Positions 21,903-32,964 of a DNA stretch of 64,000 bases are shown piece after piece. Both the position numbers and the translations under genes were made by a program. Below the pieces are notes generated by a model. The model saw nothing but the letters and a program-made list of their open reading frames with translations. It did no database searches and was not told the DNA's origin. This DNA comes from Syntrophomonadaceae bacterium (GTDB taxonomy: Bacteria; Bacillota; Ch66; Ch109), in assembly GCA_012519455.1 (NCBI GenBank), contig JAAYQE010000119.1, positions 159 through 64,158 of the forward strand, given 5' to 3'. The first letter of the stretch is position 1, and each line of letters starts with the position of its first letter.

Positions 21903-24764
21903 TCAGGTTGCCTGGCTAAACTGTACTCCTTCTGCTTCTAGTAAGGGCTGTAGATACTGTCCGGTATAAGAGGCTGCTACCTGACCCACTTCTTCTGGCG
22001 TGCCGGTCGCAATTACCTGACCGCCTCGATCGCCCCCTTCCGGTCCCAGATCAATCAAGTAATCCGCAAACTTGATTACATCCAGATTATGCTCAATCAC
22101 CACTACCGTATCGCCCGCCTCTACCAACTGGTCTAAAACCTGCAGCAAATTATGCACATCCGCTTTATGCAGCCCGGTGGTCGGTTCATCTAAAAGGTAA
22201 ACCGTACGGCCGGTACTACGCCGGCCCAATTCGGTAGCCAATTTAACCCGCTGGGCTTCTCCACCGGACAGGGTGGTGGCCGGTTGACCTAGACGAATGT
22301 ACCCTAGCCCTACCGCTTGAATAGTTTTTAATCTACGGCTAATCCGCGGGTGGTTTTGAAAAAACTCCGCCGCTTCATCCACCGTCATCCTCAGGATATC
22401 GGCAATATTCTTGCCCTTAAAACGCACCTCCAGGGTTTCACGGTTATAGCGTAATCCTTTACAAACCTCACAGGGAACATAAACATCGGGTAGAAAATGC
22501 ATTTCAATCTTAATGATCCCATCTCCCCGGCAGGCTTCACAACGACCACCTCGCACGTTGAAACTGAAACGGCCCGGACGATATCCCCGCACCCGGGATT
22601 CCGAGGTCTGGGCAAATAGTTCACGAATGCCATCAAACACCCCGGTATAAGTCGCCGGATTAGACCGAGGCGTACGCCCAATCGGAGACTGATCAATATT
22701 AATTACCTTATTTAAATGTTCCAAACCCTCTACTGCATCATGATCACCAGGGCGAAGCGACGCCCGGTTTAACGTCTGCGCTAGCTTCTTGTACAGAATC
22801 TCATTAATCAGGGTGCTTTTACCCGAACCAGAAACTCCAGTCACGCACGTAAAAACCCCCAAAGGAATCGAAACAGATATATCTTTTAAATTGTTCTCCC
22901 GCGCCCCCCGGATCTTTAGTACTTTACCGTTGCCCTGACGCCGTCTAGCCGGCACCGGTATTTCTTTTTCCCCGCGGAAATATTGGCCGGTGATGGATTC
23001 CGATACCGCCATAATTTCCGGCAAGGTGCCCTGCGCTACCACTTGCCCCCCTAATTTACCGGCTCCGGGACCCATATCTACAATATGATCAGCCTCGCGA
23101 ATGGTATCTTCATCGTGCTCAACCACAATCAAAGTATTCCCCAGATCTCGCAGCCGCTTCAAAGTATTAATCAATCGGTCATTATCCCGCTGATGTAATC
23201 CAATACTCGGTTCATCCAGGATATACAATACTCCCACTAAACTGGAACCGATTTGCGTAGCCAAGCGGATCCGCTGGGCCTCACCCCCGGAAAGCGTACC
23301 CGCTGCCCGATCGAGGGTTAAATAGTCTAACCCCACATTGGCCATGAATCCTAGCCGCTCCTGAATCTCTTTCAAAATCTGGGTACCGATCGTACGCTCG
23401 CGTTCCGTCAATTCTAAACCGGTTAAAAAACGCTGGGCTTCAATAACCGAAAGCCGAGTTAAGGCATAAATATTTAATTCTCCCACCTTAACCGCTAAAC
23501 TCTCCGGGCGCAGACGGGCTCCCTGGCATTGTGGGCAGAGGCTGGTGGTCATATAACTTTCAATCTCCCGTCGCATCGCCTCTGACTGGGTTTCCCGATG
23601 CCGACGGGTCAGGTTAGGAATGATCCCCTCCCAATAACCGGCATACGCGGTTAACTCACCCGCCGAATTATAATAACGAAAACGGATCCTTTCTTTCCCA
23701 GCCCCGTACAAAATCACCTGCCGTTGTTCAGGGGTAAGTTCCTTAACCGGTACCTGGGTGCTAAACCCGCAGTGTTCTGCTACGGATTCTAAAAACTGAT
23801 ATAGAAAATGACCGGCCTGAGTAGACCAGGGAACTACCGCCCCCTCGGCTAACGAACGACTCTTATCCGGCATCACCAGCTCCGGATCCACTTCCATCTT
23901 CATCCCCAAGCCACTGCACTCTGCGCAGGCCCCGTAAGGATTATTAAAGGAAAACATGCGCGGGGTTAATTCCTCCAGACTGATACCACAATCGGGACAG
24001 GCAAAATTTTGCGAAAAAACCTTTTCCTCACTTTGGCCCGGATCGCCCAAAATCTCAACCAACACCAAGCCCCCGCCTAGCTTCAAGGCGGTTTCCAGAG
24101 AATCAGCCAGCCGGCGTCGCACATTCGGACGTATGCGAATTCGATCCACCAGTACCTCAATCGTATGTTTCTTGTTTTTTTCCAACTTGATTTCTTCGGT
24201 AAGTTGGCGCACCTCACCATTAACCCGTACGCGTACGTAACCGGCTTTACGGGTTTCCTCTAACAATTTTTGATGCTCTCCCTTCCGCCCCCGCACCTGA
24301 GGCGCCAGGATCTGCATCCGGGTCCCCTCCGAAAATAAAAGCAAATGATCCACCATTTGATCCACGGTTTGCTGTTGAATCGGCTGGCTACACTTAGGGC
24401 AATGGGGCCGGCCAATCCGGGCATAAAGCAGCCGCAAATAATCATAGATCTCCGTGACCGTCCCCACCGTTGAACGCGGGTTGCGGCTAGTTGTCTTTTG
24501 ATCGATAGAAATTGCCGGCGAAAGTCCTTCGATACTATCTACATCAGGCTTATCCATCTGACCTAAAAACTGCCGCGCATAAGCGGATAAGGACTCTACA
24601 TAGCGCCGCTGCCCTTCCGCGTAAATCGTATCAAAAGCCAGGGAAGACTTCCCCGAACCAGAAATCCCGGTGATGACAACTAATTTATCCCGCGGAATAG
24701 CTAAATCAATATTCGCTAAATTATGCTGCCTAGCGCCTTTAATGATAATCGCGTTGCTGCTCAT
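21903..24764 (-). CDS. uvrA: Excinuclease ABC subunit A
   Basis: 953 aa, two ABC ATPase modules ([14 protein letters not shown]; [13 protein letters not shown]) and zinc-finger CxxC pairs. Confidence 0.95.
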   Translation of the reverse strand: MSSNAIIIKGARQHNLANIDLAIPRDKLVVITGISGSGKSSLAFDTIYAEGQRRYVESLSAYARQFLGQMDKPDVDSIEGLSPAISIDQKTTSRNPRSTVGTVTEIYDYLRLLYARIGRPHCPKCSQPIQQQTVDQMVDHLLLFSEGTRMQILAPQVRGRKGEHQKLLEETRKAGYVRVRVNGEVRQLTEEIKLEKNKKHTIEVLVDRIRIRPNVRRRLADSLETALKLGGGLVLVEILGDPGQSEEKVFSQNFACPDCGISLEELTPRMFSFNNPYGACAECSGLGMKMEVDPELVMPDKSRSLAEGAVVPWSTQAGHFLYQFLESVAEHCGFSTQVPVKELTPEQRQVILYGAGKERIRFRYYNSAGELTAYAGYWEGIIPNLTRRHRETQSEAMRREIESYMTTSLCPQCQGARLRPESLAVKVGELNIYALTRLSVIEAQRFLTGLELTERERTIGTQILKEIQERLGFMANVGLDYLTLDRAAGTLSGGEAQRIRLATQIGSSLVGVLYILDEPSIGLHQRDNDRLINTLKRLRDLGNTLIVVEHDEDTIREADHIVDMGPGAGKLGGQVVAQGTLPEIMAVSESITGQYFRGEKEIPVPARRRQGNGKVLKIRGARENNLKDISVSIPLGVFTCVTGVSGSGKSTLINEILYKKLAQTLNRASLRPGDHDAVEGLEHLNKVINIDQSPIGRTPRSNPATYTGVFDGIRELFAQTSESRVRGYRPGRFSFNVRGGRCEACRGDGIIKIEMHFLPDVYVPCEVCKGLRYNRETLEVRFKGKNIADILRMTVDEAAEFFQNHPRISRRLKTIQAVGLGYIRLGQPATTLSGGEAQRVKLATELGRRSTGRTVYLLDEPTTGLHKADVHNLLQVLDQLVEAGDTVVVIEHNLDVIKFADYLIDLGPEGGDRGGQVIATGTPEEVGQVAASYTGQYLQPLLEAEGVQFSQAT

Positions 24765-24999
24765 TGCTTGTACTACCTTTCCCCGTAAAATTCATTTATC
24801 TTACATCGTTCTACAAACACTAGATTATTCTTTTTAAACCCGTTTAACAAGTACGTACCCTAAATTTCTCCAACTATAAAGTATTATGCCTATTGACGGG
24901 TCCGCTTTAAAGCAATATCATTAGTACAATAATTTTTTTCAAGTTTCGACAGTTTAAATTAAAAATCAACCTATTTTTTCACTCAGGAGGTGCCTCGTT

Positions 25000-26181
25000 G
25001 TGGAACCAAGATTTGCTACTCGCTTTAAAGGGATGAAGAGTTCGATAATCCGCGAAATTCTTAAACTTACCGCCCAGCCTGGCGTTATTTCTTTTGCGGG
25101 TGGACTACCAGCCCCTGAACTATTTCCCCTGACCCAACTAAAACAAGCCCATATGACCTTATTCGACAAAGGGGATAGTGCGTTCCTGCAGTACAGTACA
25201 ACGGAAGGAGATCCCTCGCTGCGGTCCTGGATCGCGCAAAAAATGAACCGCCAGGGCTCCAAGGTAACGGATTCCAATATTCTTATTCTCAGCGGATCCC
25301 AGCAAGGTCTAGACCTAATGGGTAAAATCATGCTGGATCCGGGCGACTACGTCGTAGTCGAAAATCCCAGTTATCTAGGTGCGATCCAATGTTTCGGCGC
25401 CTATGAAGCTCAGTTCCTGGCTGTAGAGAGCGATGCCCAGGGTATGGACCTCGACCATCTAGAAGAACTTCTTAAGCAGTACCATCCCAAGTTAATTTAT
25501 GTGATTCCTACTTTTATGAATCCTACCGGTATAACCATGATTCGCGAACGCCGGCAGCGGCTGGCCGAAATCGCTGCTCGCTATCAAGTTTTAGTAATTG
25601 AAGATAACCCTTACGGGGACCTACGCTACTCCGGAGAGGACATCCCACCCCTCAAGGCTTTTGATGAAGCAGGATGGGTTGTCTACTTAGGGTCTTTTTC
25701 TAAAACCGCGGTTCCCGGTATGCGCCTAGGTTGGGTAGCGGCTGACCCCCAGGTTATTGCCGCCTTGGCGCAGGCTAAACAAGGAGCTGATCTACATACG
25801 GCCACCTTTGCCCAGGCCGCTCTTTCCGAATACCTCCATCAGCACAACCCGGAAGCGCATGTGGAGCGGATTAAAAAAGCCTACAAGGAACGCCGCGATT
25901 TAATGCTCGCCTGTATGGAAAAGCATTTTCCTAAGGAATTAAAATGGAACCGACCGGACGGAGGCATGTTCATCTGGGTAACCTGCCCGGAAAAAGTCGA
26001 TACCGTGGAACTATTGAAGAAAGCTGTAGAACAAAAAGTGGCCTACGTGCCGGGAATTTCCTTCTTCCCGTTCGAAGACCACAATAATTGTCTTCGCCTG
26101 AATTTCTCTAATGCTTCTAACACCCAGATTGAAGAAGGCATTTGCCGATTGGGTCAGGTCTTCCATGCTGCCTGTAAGTAA
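25000..26181 (+). CDS. PLP-dependent aminotransferase (class I/II; 2-aminoadipate/MocR-catalytic-domain-like)
   Basis: GTG start with AGGAGG 9 nt upstream. SFSKTAVPGMRLGW carries the PLP-lysine motif. 393 aa. Confidence 0.8.
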   Translation: MEPRFATRFKGMKSSIIREILKLTAQPGVISFAGGLPAPELFPLTQLKQAHMTLFDKGDSAFLQYSTTEGDPSLRSWIAQKMNRQGSKVTDSNILILSGSQQGLDLMGKIMLDPGDYVVVENPSYLGAIQCFGAYEAQFLAVESDAQGMDLDHLEELLKQYHPKLIYVIPTFMNPTGITMIRERRQRLAEIAARYQVLVIEDNPYGDLRYSGEDIPPLKAFDEAGWVVYLGSFSKTAVPGMRLGWVAADPQVIAALAQAKQGADLHTATFAQAALSEYLHQHNPEAHVERIKKAYKERRDLMLACMEKHFPKELKWNRPDGGMFIWVTCPEKVDTVELLKKAVEQKVAYVPGISFFPFEDHNNCLRLNFSNASNTQIEEGICRLGQVFHAACK

Positions 26182-26194
26182 AACCGTATAAAAA

Positions 26195-28291
26195 TCAGCC
26201 TTTTCTTCGAATCCCCTTTAATTCAATCAAGGCATCACGAAGTAAAGCAGCCTGTTCGAACTCCAATCGACGGGCTGCTTCCTGCATCTCTCGTTCCAGA
26301 TCAAGCATCAACTGCTGCCGTTGGCTACCGGATAAATCCTTTGCGTCTTTATGCACCAGATAGGTGCCCTTGCTCTCCGCCAATCGATCTAGACCCTTTT
26401 TCGCCCGTTTCGTCTCCACCGGCCGGGTAGCCTCCAGCACCTCCCGGACGGATTTAATGATGGTCGTAGGCGTTATCCCGTGCCGCTGATTATATTCTAT
26501 CTGCTTGCGCCGACGCCGATTAGTTTCATCCAGGGCTTTCTGCATCGAACCGGTTATCGTATCCGCATACATCAATACCCGGCCCTCCACGTTCCGCGCC
26601 GCCCGGCCGATGGTTTGAATCAGTGAACGCTCCGAACGCAGAAATCCCTCTTTATCGGCATCCAAAATGGCTACCAAGGACACTTCGGGGAGATCCAATC
26701 CCTCACGCAACAGATTGATTCCCACCAACACATCGAAAACCCCTAGACGCAAATCACGTAAAATAATCATTCGTTCCAGGGTATCAATATCTGAGTGTAA
26801 ATAACGTACCTTTATATCTAATTCTTGCAGGTAAGTGGTCAAATCTTCGGCCATTTTTTTGGTTAAGGTAGTTACCAGCACCCGCTCCTGTCGCTCTACC
26901 CGCAGCCGGATCTCATGCAGCAGATCATCGATTTGCCCTTTCACCGAACGCACTTCTACCTCTGGATCCACTAAACCGGTAGGCCGGATCACCTGCTCTA
27001 CCACCTGTTGGCTATGTTCTAGCTCATAGGGACCCGGGGTCGCAGAGACATAAATGGCCGGCCCGACCTTAGCCGCAAACTCGGAAAAACGAAGCGGTCG
27101 GTTATCAATGGCCGACGGAAGTCGAAAGCCATAATTGATCAAAGTACTTTTGCGGGAAAAATCCCCCTCGTACATGCCCCGGATTTGAGGAATGGTCATG
27201 TGTGACTCATCCACCATTAATAGAAAATCCGCCGGGAAAAAATCCAACAAAGTAAAAGGCGGTTCCCCAGGCTGACGCCCGGTTAAGTGGCGCGAATAGT
27301 TTTCGATCCCGGTGCAAAACCCAATTTCTCGCAGCATCTCCAGATCGTGCTGGGTCCGCTGTTCTAACCGCTGGGCCTCCAGAAGCTTGTTTTGGGACCG
27401 TAACTCCGCCAATCGGCCTTCTAGTTCGGCTTCAATTGACTGCAAGGCAACCTCTGTTTTTTCGGGCGTAGTTACGTAGTGACTGGCGGGAAAAATAGAA
27501 ACGTGCCGACGCAAACCCAGAATTTCCCCGGTTAAGGTGTCAATTTCCATAATCCGCTCAATCTCATCCCCGAAGAATTCCACCCGAATCGCTTTTTCCG
27601 TAAACGAAACCGGAAAAATCTCCACCACGTCGCCCCGTACCCGAAACGTGCCTCGGGTGAAATTTACATCATTACGCGTGTATTGGATATCTACTAGCCG
27701 ACGCAGCACCTCATCCCGATCATAAGTCATGCCTTCACGCAGCGAAACCATCATATAATGATAATCTTCCGGGGAGCCTAACCCATAAATACAGGAAACG
27801 CTAGCTACGATAATTACGTCCCGCCGTTCCAACAAGGCTGCGGTAGCGGAATGTCGCAATTTATCGATCTCATCGTTAATCGACGCATCTTTTTCAATGT
27901 AGGTATCAGAGTGGGGTACGTAGGCCTCAGGCTGGTAATAATCGTAATAACTAACAAAATATTCTACCGCATTATCTGGAAAAAACTCCTTGAACTCCGC
28001 GCAAAGCTGCGCGGCTAAAGTTTTATTGTGGGCAATTACCAACGTAGGCCGCTGCATTTGCTGAATTACCTGCGCCATGGTGTAAGTTTTCCCAGAACCG
28101 GTAACGCCCAACAGCGTCTGATGCTGCAACCCACGCTGTAACCCATTAACCAAAGCCGCTATGGCCTGCGGCTGATCCCCCTGAGGGGCATATTCCGATT
28201 TTAACTGAAACCCAACATTACCTCCGGGGCCCGTCAAATTACCGGATGGCTGAACCTGACGGAACGGACCAGTCTTAATAAGAACAGTCAC
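26195..28291 (-). CDS. uvrB: Excinuclease ABC subunit B
   Basis: [12 protein letters not shown]-terminal motif, helicase motifs and a C-terminal UVR domain. GTG start with an N-terminal extension of about 25 aa relative to Bacillus. Confidence 0.95.
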   Translation of the reverse strand: MTVLIKTGPFRQVQPSGNLTGPGGNVGFQLKSEYAPQGDQPQAIAALVNGLQRGLQHQTLLGVTGSGKTYTMAQVIQQMQRPTLVIAHNKTLAAQLCAEFKEFFPDNAVEYFVSYYDYYQPEAYVPHSDTYIEKDASINDEIDKLRHSATAALLERRDVIIVASVSCIYGLGSPEDYHYMMVSLREGMTYDRDEVLRRLVDIQYTRNDVNFTRGTFRVRGDVVEIFPVSFTEKAIRVEFFGDEIERIMEIDTLTGEILGLRRHVSIFPASHYVTTPEKTEVALQSIEAELEGRLAELRSQNKLLEAQRLEQRTQHDLEMLREIGFCTGIENYSRHLTGRQPGEPPFTLLDFFPADFLLMVDESHMTIPQIRGMYEGDFSRKSTLINYGFRLPSAIDNRPLRFSEFAAKVGPAIYVSATPGPYELEHSQQVVEQVIRPTGLVDPEVEVRSVKGQIDDLLHEIRLRVERQERVLVTTLTKKMAEDLTTYLQELDIKVRYLHSDIDTLERMIILRDLRLGVFDVLVGINLLREGLDLPEVSLVAILDADKEGFLRSERSLIQTIGRAARNVEGRVLMYADTITGSMQKALDETNRRRRKQIEYNQRHGITPTTIIKSVREVLEATRPVETKRAKKGLDRLAESKGTYLVHKDAKDLSGSQRQQLMLDLEREMQEAARRLEFEQAALLRDALIELKGIRRKG

Positions 28292-28382
28292 AGAGCTTCA
28301 CCTCAACCATATTAACACTACTGCTAAGCTGTATATACTTCTATATTTATATTAACACAAAACGATTAGGTGAGCGACTATC

Positions 28383-29480
28383 TTATTTAAACGCTTGCTC
28401 ATACGCTGCAACCTGCTGCAATACTTGATTTAAGACCTGTTCTCGTACCGCGTCTAGTTCATCAAAATCCATAGCCTCAATGTAAAAGGACTCCAGCTTA
28501 TCGTGCAACTCTTTAGCTTGCCCGATTTCATCGATGGCCGCTTGCACCGCTTTATAAAACTCCCGTTGTTTTTCCGCTCGCGCTTCCTTTCGGATATCTA
28601 ACACGCTCGTATCCGCTAATTCCATCAAGTTAATCAACCGATCGCCTGGACGCTGAGCTTCAATTATGTGCGGCACGCTGCCGTCCAGCACTGCTGCTTT
28701 CAGATAAGGAATAATTACCATATCTACACTGTTAGGGTCAAACGCACAGTGAAAAAGTTCCACACTGTAACCCCGCTTAACCGCCGCCTGAGCTACCTTG
28801 CTGATTAACGTTGATTTCCCACTACCTGGATCTCCCTGAAGAATGAAGCGCCGCTCACAATCTTCGGTTAAGTTTTCTATAAAGTTCACCGCTCCCTCAG
28901 GGGTTAAGGCGCCAGCGAAAAGATGCCGGACCCGTGGAGAAAGGTTAAAAATTTCTAGAATTAAATCTTCCGTTAATTGATCCACCCGGGAAAAATCCAT
29001 CGCCTCAGCAACTAAGGCTTCCCATTCCCCTTCCACCTCCCGAGCCTGGCGCAATAAAGCATAAGCCTGCCGGAAACGGTCACCAATACGGGTAGTATAC
29101 GCAATGATTTCGGCCCGGTGGGCCTGCAGGTACTGTTCGTTCCAGCACTCACCCAGATTAATGATTTCATCTACGGCCCCGGGAAATTGGGGCTCAATAA
29201 TATGCGGAGCAGTGCCATCTACGATGCCCATTCCGATCACAGGAATAATCACCCCGTCCAAGGAACGATTATCCGAAGAACAGTGTAAATACTCCACATC
29301 ATAGCCCCGATCCACCATCGCTAAGCCCACCTGCCGAATCAAAGTTGATTTGCCGGTACCCGGGCCCCCTTTAAGAATCAGGAGCCGATTTAGATTCTCT
29401 AAGACCGAATCATACAACGAAAAAAACCCCTGCGCCGTATTTCCCCCGGGATAAAGGTTTCTAATTCTACCGTATTTCAT
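28383..29480 (-). CDS. Internally duplicated tandem P-loop NTPase of unknown function
   Basis: Two Walker A motifs (GGPGTGKST and GDPGSGKST). Each is followed by homologous segments (RGYDVEYLHCSSD.../RGYSVELFHCAFD... and ...DGTAPHIIE/...DGSVPHIIE). Confidence 0.6.
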   Translation of the reverse strand: MKYGRIRNLYPGGNTAQGFFSLYDSVLENLNRLLILKGGPGTGKSTLIRQVGLAMVDRGYDVEYLHCSSDNRSLDGVIIPVIGMGIVDGTAPHIIEPQFPGAVDEIINLGECWNEQYLQAHRAEIIAYTTRIGDRFRQAYALLRQAREVEGEWEALVAEAMDFSRVDQLTEDLILEIFNLSPRVRHLFAGALTPEGAVNFIENLTEDCERRFILQGDPGSGKSTLISKVAQAAVKRGYSVELFHCAFDPNSVDMVIIPYLKAAVLDGSVPHIIEAQRPGDRLINLMELADTSVLDIRKEARAEKQREFYKAVQAAIDEIGQAKELHDKLESFYIEAMDFDELDAVREQVLNQVLQQVAAYEQAFK

Positions 29481-29623
29481 TAGACTCCCCCCTTAGCACT
29501 ATAATCCATTTACCTCTTGACTCTCTTAGATCTATATTTATGCTATATTTGCCCCTAAAATAAAAAAAGAACCCGCTTTATTTTTTCGACAATTTCTGGG
29601 GGTGCCTAAGGGATCTATCGTAA

Positions 29624-29857
29624 TTACTTTTTTTTAGTCAAATCCAAGATCTGTTCTAAAGCGGCAAGATCTGTCGACTGCGCCGCTAAACGATTCGCTT
29701 CTTGGATGGCTTCAAAAATTTCGTGCCGGTAAACACTTATCTCCCGAGGGGCCTCAATCCCTAGCTTAACCTGATCGCCACTTACTTCCAGGATAATAAC
29801 CCGAATGTTTTCCCCTATAACCAAACTTTCTTTAAGCTTACGGGTTAATACCAGCAT
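29624..29857 (-). CDS. csrA: Carbon storage regulator CsrA
   Basis: MLVLTRKLKESLVIGENIRVIILEVSGDQVKLGIEAP. Start at the ATG (29857) with AAGGGGG upstream. Overlaps the fliW 3' end by 20 nt. Confidence 0.9.
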   Translation of the reverse strand: MLVLTRKLKESLVIGENIRVIILEVSGDQVKLGIEAPREISVYRHEIFEAIQEANRLAAQSTDLAALEQILDLTKKK

Positions 29858-30296
29858 TACTGGCCCCCCCTTCGGTGGAAAAAATATAATGCCGAGTACT
29901 ATAACGCGGATCATTTAAAATGATCTGACCCGCCAGACGTTTCGTCACGTTGATAATCAAGGGAGCGAGTAAATTAGCGGTAATTTGCCGGGGATCAGCT
30001 GGCACTACCAAAACCACCCTTAACCCTAATTCGTCGTCCTTTACTACCTGTAAATGCGTTACATCCTCTGGGGATAGCTTGACCTCATAATCGGAAAAAA
30101 ACACCGCCGGATCGGTTATTACCAGAGCTACCTCGGGTTCATCACAAGATTGCAGCCACTTAAACGGTGATTTCGCATCTAAATCCAACAGAATAAAACG
30201 TTTTGACCGCGGAAGCCCTAGAAACGGTTTAGGAAAACGTAATATCTGTTCCGGATTAATGGTTAAATCGCCAAAACGAGTAGTCGATATTTGCAT
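29838..30296 (-). CDS. fliW: Flagellar assembly factor FliW
   Basis: 152 aa, FliW family (the CsrA antagonist). Canonical fliW-csrA overlap. Confidence 0.85.
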   Translation of the reverse strand: MQISTTRFGDLTINPEQILRFPKPFLGLPRSKRFILLDLDAKSPFKWLQSCDEPEVALVITDPAVFFSDYEVKLSPEDVTHLQVVKDDELGLRVVLVVPADPRQITANLLAPLIINVTKRLAGQIILNDPRYSTRHYIFSTEGGASNAGINP

Positions 30297-30320
30297 CTTT
30301 CACTAACCCCCAAATTAATC

Positions 30321-30857
30321 CTACCATTGAATGTCAATCTGCGGCCGCTGCGCCATATAGATCTCCACCCGACCATTAGAGGTGTAATTGCGAATTTGGC
30401 CTTTTTTAGTCAATACGGCTACCTGGCCCTTTTTAAGATCCCCTTCTATCTTACCTTGGATCAGCTCAATCTTTGGCATGGCTGGTTGATTTTCTAAAAA
30501 TTCCAGAACTACTTCGTCAGGGGAATTTTCCAAGGCCTGTCGGACAATTATGTCGGGTCGGTTTTCTTCAATACGCGCCAACTCATCTCCCTGTCGTGCT
30601 ATCTGGCCAATTGCTTCTAGGACTTTCTGCTTACTACGCTGGGCTAACCGGTTTAAAAGGGTTAGCCAAGGGTACCAACCCTGACCAGCTTTAGCCTGAC
30701 GATGATCGATCTTAATTTCCGGATCTTGAATTTTGAGTTCTAGCCGGGGTTCGTTGATTTGCAGGGAAAACGGATCCGTCTTTATCTCTAGATGCAAATC
30801 CGCCCAGTTAGTTTTAATTCCTAATTTAGTCCCGACTTGATGGATGGTCAGGCCCAT
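30321..30857 (-). CDS. YviE-like protein (DUF6470) of the late flagellar operon
   Basis: 178 aa. Its position between flgL and fliW corresponds to yviE in Bacillus subtilis. Confidence 0.5.
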   Translation of the reverse strand: MGLTIHQVGTKLGIKTNWADLHLEIKTDPFSLQINEPRLELKIQDPEIKIDHRQAKAGQGWYPWLTLLNRLAQRSKQKVLEAIGQIARQGDELARIEENRPDIIVRQALENSPDEVVLEFLENQPAMPKIELIQGKIEGDLKKGQVAVLTKKGQIRNYTSNGRVEIYMAQRPQIDIQW

Positions 30858-30949
30858 TTTACCCCACTCCTATAGAACCATAAATGGTTAACAGCTTGCT
30901 CTCTAAGCTAGACATCGCTTTTGATTCAAAGCGTATCGGTTAACGATAA

Positions 30950-32932
30950 TTACCTTAAAAAGTCAATCAAGGAAGGCATAATTATACGTGCCCCTACGGC
31001 CAGAGCTGCGCGATGAAGGTTCTCCTGCATCTTCATCTCCATAGTTATCTTAGCAAAATCTATATATGCCTGCTCGGTAACTAGTTGGGTGATATAAAGG
31101 CTTGTTTCCTGCAGCCGAGTTTCTACCAGTTCCATTCGAGCCACCCGAGACCCTAATTCTGCCTGCCACCGTAGTAAATTATCGATACCCTCATCAACTT
31201 TCTTAAGATAAGACATCATTTTTCCCGGATAAATTCCGAGTACCTTTTCTAGAGTATCCGTACCGGTCGATAAATCAGTTATGGTGTAACGTTCGGGAGA
31301 GAGGTCGTGTTCCATTTTAAAAACTAGTCGGTTAGTGGAGCTTATACTGGCCTCTATTTCACTAAAGCCTGCTTCCGCTAACTGCCGGTTGATCTCCTCC
31401 ACTATCTCGACCCCCGTATAAACTACCGGAAAATCGGGATTCATCTTCGGAGGGAGGGTAATCGTGGCCACCCGGGTATTATCTCGAATTTCAAACGTTA
31501 AAGGTTGATCCCCGGTTAAAACGACATTCCCTATATCTTTGGCACCCCGGCCAACGATATAAGACAAGTTGGTCATTTTACATAGATAACCCTGATGCGT
31601 TCCTTCGTCAATACCCAATACTTCTTTCATCCCATAATCAGAATTAGTTCCTTGTTTTAAATAAATGGTACCCGGATCAATCCCTTCATTGATGACTAAA
31701 GCCAAACGGTTATTTGACGTTAAAGTTACCCTAAAATCTGTAGTTCTTTGTTCCTCCGGATTACTCGGATTATTTAAGGCTTCATTTATCTTCTCAACTA
31801 ATTCTTTTCCCGTGTAAGTACCCTCTGCGACACTAACCGAGATATTCTTATGACCAACCTGGACCTCAAACTGAAGGGTCTTTCCTGCCTCAATCGTTAC
31901 CGTATTTAAGGTCTGACTCCCGACCTTGAGTATATTCTGAAAATTATTTACCCGGTATAATCCTTGTCCCTCATCTTTTATACCAAGAATAGATTCTAAA
32001 TTATCGGTTCCTCCGGAATTATCGGTAAGTTTAAAACTATTAGGATCCATCTGGCTAGTCGTTTTCAAAACTAAGTATTTATCCCCGCTTAATTCCGCTA
32101 CGACCTTATCGTGTATCCGGGCCTCAGCCAGTTGTTGATTGATATTATCCACCACTTCTTGCGCTGCATAACTATGATTAGCGGCAAGCGTAATATCTAC
32201 ATCACGAGTTCCGTAAGTAACCGTAAAGTTCAGATCATTATTGGTAAAAGAAATGCCCCCGCTCAAATCTTCTTTCCCCAAGGCTACTACCCCGGCAAAA
32301 TTAACTGGGGTAAGGTTTTTTAGATCATCGCTCAAATTACGCATTTCATTCAAGATATTTACGTTACCATTATCAAAAACGCGCTGGGGGGGCACATTAA
32401 TATCTATATTAATACCTGCACTGATCTCATATTGGATGATTCCGGCCCCAGTATCCCCGACAAAATCAATGTAACCATCTCCCACGGCACTCCACTCGTA
32501 CGGGGCCTCCGTAGTTTTTTGACCGTTAAATATGTACCGTCCATCAAAACTAGTATTACCTATGTTTTTCATTTCCTCCAACAGCTTTTCAACTTCTAGC
32601 GCAATTGCCGCCCGCGAATCCTCTGCTAAGGTACTATTATTAGCATATACCGTTAATTCCCGCACCCGTTGTAAAATCTTTCCGGCTCCCTGTAAAGCTG
32701 ATTCTGTACTCTCCAACCAGGACCGAGCATCGGCCACGTTTTTCGAATACTGCTCGTACTCAAATATATTAGTCTGTAAACGCATTGCCTGCAGCATCCG
32801 TACCGGGTCATCCGATGGTACCTCAAACTGCCGTCCGGTAGCTAACTGCTGCATCTGCCGGTCTAACGTTTGCGTATTACGGTAATAGTTTCGCATTAAA
32901 TTGCTGATCATCATGTTATTGGTTATCCGCAT
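30950..32932 (-). CDS. flgL: Flagellar hook-associated protein 3 (FlgL), long form
   Basis: Flagellin-like N-terminus (MRITNNMMISNLMRNY...) and C-terminus (...ALAVGARIIMPSLIDFLR) with a large central insertion. 660 aa. Confidence 0.85.
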   Translation of the reverse strand: MRITNNMMISNLMRNYYRNTQTLDRQMQQLATGRQFEVPSDDPVRMLQAMRLQTNIFEYEQYSKNVADARSWLESTESALQGAGKILQRVRELTVYANNSTLAEDSRAAIALEVEKLLEEMKNIGNTSFDGRYIFNGQKTTEAPYEWSAVGDGYIDFVGDTGAGIIQYEISAGINIDINVPPQRVFDNGNVNILNEMRNLSDDLKNLTPVNFAGVVALGKEDLSGGISFTNNDLNFTVTYGTRDVDITLAANHSYAAQEVVDNINQQLAEARIHDKVVAELSGDKYLVLKTTSQMDPNSFKLTDNSGGTDNLESILGIKDEGQGLYRVNNFQNILKVGSQTLNTVTIEAGKTLQFEVQVGHKNISVSVAEGTYTGKELVEKINEALNNPSNPEEQRTTDFRVTLTSNNRLALVINEGIDPGTIYLKQGTNSDYGMKEVLGIDEGTHQGYLCKMTNLSYIVGRGAKDIGNVVLTGDQPLTFEIRDNTRVATITLPPKMNPDFPVVYTGVEIVEEINRQLAEAGFSEIEASISSTNRLVFKMEHDLSPERYTITDLSTGTDTLEKVLGIYPGKMMSYLKKVDEGIDNLLRWQAELGSRVARMELVETRLQETSLYITQLVTEQAYIDFAKITMEMKMQENLHRAALAVGARIIMPSLIDFLR

Positions 32933-32964
32933 TTAGATTCACCCCTCCAAACCCAAACCTAAAT

